DNA from: Stylophora pistillata | Lineage: Eukaryota | Reading direction: 5' to 3' | DNA: 64,000 nt | Assembly: GCF_002571385.2 (NCBI RefSeq) | Contig: NW_019217922.1 | Span: forward strand, 363,096 to 427,095 | Part shown: positions 59,401-64,000 of the stretch, piece by piece | How positions within the stretch are numbered: the first letter of the stretch is position 1 | How the letters are laid out: each line of letters begins with the position of its first letter | Notes under the pieces: model-generated | Seen by the model: only the letters and a program-made list of their open reading frames with translations | What the model was told of the DNA's origin: nothing | The model's database searches: none | Program-made: the position numbers and the translations under genes

Positions 59401-60968
59401 ATCACCTTTATTTCACCTCAAATTTACAAGAGTAGCCATATAGCTAATTTCTCCAAGAAAGAGAAAGAAAATTAAGTAAATAAGTAAATAAAATAAATAA
59501 AAACAAATAGTGTCTTATATTATATACAGTACATTACACTACTATTTACTTAAGTAACAATTACATTTATGTTTGAAGGAAATTTAATGTTCGAAAGAAA
59601 TTTGAAATATTTTTTTAGTTCTGAACTCATTCAACCACGTCAGTGACCTCAGGTTCTCTGTTAGTTTGTTCCACATGTTTGCAGAGTTGTATCTGAAGGA
59701 GTGGAGACCATAAGTGGTGGTAGTGACATATGGGATAACAAGTTTCCTTGATCCTTGGAGGTTGTATTCAGCACTCCTCATTTGAAAAAGACCACTTATG
59801 TACTTCGGCATCGTTTCGAACTGAATTGTCTTAAAAACTGTTCTCATCATGTCTTGGCACCTAATACTATACAAATCACCAAAGGCCTCTACCAAATTAA
59901 AATCTGGGAATTTGCCTTGTGTGGTGCCATTTCACAGGACAGGAAGGTGTTTTAGTTTTCCATGGGTATACAGGCAAATATACAGTAGATCTTTGACCAG
60001 TCAGAGTGTACGTTGCGTCCAAGTTATGTCATAATTACATATTGATTTAGGCCATCCTTCAAAATTAGTTTCACAATGAATTCAACATACTTTTCATATT
60101 TTTTTTATTTTTATATTCAGCTTGCAAAAATCAGGAACATGAAACCCTTTGAGGAGATGTCTGTAAGTCCAGTAACTTTACCTTACGAGGGTTCGCTTTT
60201 GTCAGCTGTAAACAATCTATGTTACATTGAAATTAGTTTAGGATTGAATGGGTTCAGAACTGAGGTCGTACAGTATTTCACGATAGGGTTAGGCAGCTTT
60301 CTCAAGTCCAGTTTTTGGGGGAAAGTGAACTCATTCAATAGCCATGTATATTGAGCCCAGGTGGGACAAGCTGGACCAATGTTTGTCATCTGTACATTGT
60401 GGTGCATGTGTAAATCCCTTTTATTATCTAAACTGCAGTGTTCTACAAGGATCTCCAGTCCTAAGAAAAGCCGTCACTGCACACATGTAAAATTGTGATA
60501 ATTGGTTATGTGTGTTTGATATTGCCAGTCATCAGCTGACCTATCACTCGCTTTCCATGCCAGTTTGTTAGGTTGTTGAATTCAGCTCAATATCTCACGC
60601 ATTCACCGCACTTGTGAAATATTGAATCAAATGCTCAAAGAAAAATTCCAAAGTTATGGGTGCGCATATATTACTCTCTATTTACCTAATGACCTAAAAA
60701 AACCTGCAATTATACTTCAATTCCACATTTTGGAGGGGAAAGAGGCATATCTAACGACATGGTTGATACTAAATATGTTGACAAATCTATCTGTATTTGA
60801 TCATTATCACTATCATTATTATTATTGATATTACTATTATAATTATTACTTATTGTTATTTTTTGTTTTTGCTCACAGATTGATGAGTTTTTAGATCTGC
60901 ATCCAGAGATCAAGAAAGAAGTAGAAGCAATGGAGAAAAGTGGTGAATGGCCTGACAGGACAATGTGA
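53500..60968 (+). CDS. ATP5PD: ATP synthase peripheral stalk subunit d; exons 53500-53621, 54066-54162, [one exon not found], 57970-58032, 60121-60162, 60879-60968
   Basis: MAARRIGKYVPDWIKLA...PEPIHWDWYAKNITKPGMVEAFRKA...LAKIRNMKPFEEMSIDEF matches subunit d (IDW, P.IDW.YY, PFDQMT). All junctions are GT-AG and phase-compatible. Confidence 0.85.
54380..56556 (-). mobile_element. Decayed Penelope-like retroelement (RT plus GIY-YIG) in ATP5PD intron 2
   Basis: SFDIDSFYPSI, FDVTMGSFDGAEICEL, GLNRDDGL, NFLDVTL, SNHPPTIIKHIP, CNCRKKNDCPL..NCL...VIY and a YIG..EGTFK.R-like segment. Many stops and frameshifts. Confidence 0.9.
54451..54490 (-). ncRNA. Type I hammerhead motif at the Penelope 3' end (G8 to A, probably inactive)
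   Basis: CUGU-CUGACAA-GUGC(UUCG)GCGC-GAA-ACUC(A)GAGU-A-ACAG: all three stems are present. Confidence 0.65.
56557..56638. mobile_element. SINE-like fragment truncated at the single N (56639)
   Basis: GATCCTCGCAGT...CTATTTAAGC...CCTGAAAAAAATCAGGCCTGTA shares its core with the repeat at about 31100. Confidence 0.5.
57269..57875 (+). mobile_element. Penelope-like 3' end with inverted terminal repeats (~165-bp arms) around a GIY-YIG C-terminal remnant
   Basis: Arms 57269-57432 / 57711-57875. The interior reads HLHQRIEEHKGSAMGHHLREQH...ILRKCQNKFDCLVFEMFF.KELKPTLNKQ. Each arm carries a hammerhead-like motif. Confidence 0.8.
58106..58392. mobile_element. Hairpin of two inverted Penelope-type terminal repeats (~132-bp arms, 22-nt loop)
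   Basis: Near-perfect palindrome containing GCTCCGACGAAGGGCTAACACTCGAAACGTCAGC. Confidence 0.75.
59480..59860 (-). mobile_element. LINE 3' end fragment
   Basis: PKYISGLF...YNLQGSRKLVIP...TTYGLHSFRY.SANMWNKL is a typical L2/CR1 ORF2 C-terminus. Confidence 0.7.
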
Positions 60969-63900
60969 TAGCTGGCTTGAATTGGGTGTCCATGATTTCT
61001 GAATCTTGCCATTTATAACTGTTATGGTTGAGCTTTAGATGGAAATGTCAACTGAGTTTGTATTTTTATCATTGTTAACAAGTAAAATTTATGTGGTAAT
61101 TCTGCAATGGTTTGTTTTTAGCTTTATTTTTCCCCTGATAGCCATTTTCGCTCACAGGCTAATCTGATGATCTTTGCCATTAGACAATAATAGAATCCCC
61201 ATAATTATGTATGTACTAAGTACAGTCAATTATCGCTCGCTCAGTGTCTTTCAAATTTAAACCTTGCACCCACCCAAACCAAGATCGATTTGGAGTAGAA
61301 TTCTGTCATACATTTACATAACTAATTGGCTTCGGTAATTCTAACCCTCACTAATTTGTACTTCTGTTAACTGAAACCAGTCTCGTTTCCCTGCAAGACA
61401 GTTTCCATATGATTTTACCCTCAAAACTCGAACCATATTTTTCATAACCAGACAAGTGAAAAAAGCAGTGCTGTAGTCCAAAATATTGAATGACTTTGAA
61501 GCATCTCCTTTTTCCCCTTTTATTTTGCACTGATCAAAACCTGGAAGTCCAACTTTGATTTAGTTGGGTCAGGGTTCATTCAGCTGCAGCTTCTTGTGTT
61601 TTATGACTGTGCTGTTCGCGAAAACCTAATAACGTTCCATTTTTAACCGTCCTGTTTATCTCGCGGAATATGCCGAACAGCTCAACAGACACTGATAAGG
61701 AGGGGCGGATACCTATACCAAATATTCGATACCGGTGATACCGAGGTTAGATCGGAGAAAAGCGATACTAGTGAAAAGTATCGTGCTCTCGATACCTGCA
61801 CGCGCTTTGTCATACGCCAGACGACCAACCGCTGACAAGAAGCTAGAAAGACTCTGACCTCGAGATTGGGCAATGGCCACCGCAGTGTACCAATCTTAGT
61901 GGCCCTTGGGCGTTACAAGAGTGAACTCTTTGACGACCATGAGTCTCGACTTAAGTACGTCGTTAATCCAATTTTAATTTTTGACTGTCTATAGAGCAGA
62001 TAACACTGCATTAAACAGTGTGAGAAGACACTATTTCGTCGGTCAAATCACATGACTTACCAGTTAAGAACCTTCTAAAACAACGTCTTCATAAGAACTT
62101 TAATAATAATCTTAGCTTTGTGAAAGAAGCATGTATGGTCTCCCATAAAGAATCAAGAGTTCAAATATTTTTAGTATTGTAATGTTGATCCAATTTGATA
62201 GTAGTATACCTAGATAGCCTTAGCTGAATTCCGTTGATAATAGGTACTGCCTCTGGCTGCCTTTAATTTAAGAATCAAGGTTTTAAATACTTTTAGTAGA
62301 TGCTTTTTCTCCTACAATCTACACTAAAACTTCTGAAAAATTCTGGTGAAAATGAAGGATTATCGGTATGGTTTGATCCGAACAATAGGATGATGCTTCG
62401 TTTTGAGGAAGAGTTTGTGGGAAAGCTGATCGACGGTAAAAATCTTGTATTTTTTGACGGTTGACGAATGACCACATTGAGACCGTCTTGAAGGGGGGAC
62501 GAAAGTTCTCAGTTCCATTTCAGACGAGTAAGCCTTTTTTCAAGAAGAACGAGCGGGTATATAAGTATAGGGAATCGCATGGGGCCGAGTAAAAGTTAGG
62601 ATTAATATCACGCGTGTTTTCGAAAGTTGCTGAAATTGCCCGAGTCGGGCAATTAGGTTTAGTTAGGTTTCTACAACTGATGTCAATACTAGCGAACTTT
62701 GGTACATATCTAGCGAACTTCTGTACATATCTAGGGCCTGCTATTTGTCCGGTCAAATGAACTGTTAATAAGTTGTATTGCACAGCAAAATTTGAAGATG
62801 AAGAATCAGGCTTAGCAGTTAAAATTTCAACTTACCAGGACTTGTTAATAGAGCCAGAACTCCCAAACCTATCAGTGTGGAATAAATTTTGTAAACTATT
62901 GTAAACTTTGTGTTGTGATCTTTTTATCCCCTATGATTAGACACAACTCGAAAGCTATGGAGAAGGGTGGAGGGGGGGAGCTAGAGCCCTAAATACGAAG
63001 GTAAGATTACCTTTAATAAATTGAATCAGTGACTAATCTCTATTATAAGCTGAATTTAGAACCGTGCTTTAAAGCGTCACCCTCTTACAGAGAATAGTTG
63101 TCAAGAATACTCCATTCCCATTTTCTGGGACGAAAAATAAGCCCAATCCACAATCTCAAAACAAAATTGAAAATTTCAAAAAAGATGGTTTTTTTCGAAA
63201 TCATTAATGTTCAGAATGTATTGGATACAAAAAATAAACATTATATGTTTCATTATACCAGGTCATTTAAACAAAGTGTAGCTGTTGTTGAACAAAACTC
63301 CATTCTAAACTATTTTGAATCTAGCTGAATCTTTTCTATGAACATTTATTCTTGGAACAGCGTCACAAGGGCCAAAAGCTAACAGTGGAAGGACATTTAT
63401 TTGAAAACAACCCCTTTTACAGAGAATATGTAAAGCCCTCCACTGCTTGTATAAAACCACTGTTTGGTTGAGACCTGTTTTAAATAACCGGTCCTAAAAT
63501 TTTTGCTCTCAATATCCAAAATCAACTCCTTCACACTGCCTGCCATACATTAGCTTCTAATTCTAAAGTAGATAGATGAAAACAGAGCTGTAATGCGACA
63601 AAGCTTCCATCAGCATTTTAACCCCTTTAGTGCTAACGATGGACGAAAATGATTCAAAACCTGTCAAAATGTATTTCAGTCGAACAATGCATTCGTGTGG
63701 ACTGGTGAGAATAAAAAAAAACCAAGGGAGGAGGATAACATTTTTGCTTCTTTGTGACTCTGACGGAAAACATTACTTAAAAAACGGGAGATTTGTTTGA
63801 AAGTTTGGTTCATTGGACTAGGGGGAGTCTTAAAATATATAACTGACGCCGTTAAGGTAAATTAAAGTCGTTAAACTAAAGTTAGCCTGATCATGGTCTA

Positions 63901-64000
63901 TCATCACCGTCAACTCTGGCAGCAAGACGTTAAGACGCTAATGCAACCTTTAAAGTTGGGAAAGGATTCAGCTTGAGTGCTCCCAAACATAAACCTTGCA

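Overview
Eukaryotic, AT-rich, intron-rich animal DNA. The gene set and repeat families point to a cnidarian, most likely a stony coral (inference). Seven protein-coding loci can be built by hand from the sequence: NDUFB10 (+), an intronless secreted mucin-like protein with five copies of an unrecognised 4-Cys module (-), MRPS24 (-), TMF1 (+, 24 coding exons), RINT1 (+, 13 exons, one U12-type intron), a two-exon GCKR/MurQ-like gene (-) and ATP5PD (+, one expected exon missing near the only N in the window). MRPS24/TMF1 and GCKR/ATP5PD are head-to-head pairs. Introns hold many decayed mobile elements: nested MITEs and foldbacks, L2/CR1-type LINE pieces, tRNA-SINEs and Penelope-like remnants. The most notable observations are: (1) a near-intronless GCKR whose second SIS domain keeps the bacterial MurQ 'DASEC.PT' motif; (2) the five-module secreted Cys-repeat protein; (3) eight minimal hammerhead-ribozyme motifs at six Penelope-derived loci, some with a compensatory U3-A8 core; (4) multi-layer transposon nests whose original targets can be rebuilt base by base. 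No database searches were run; family calls come from recognising motifs by eye.
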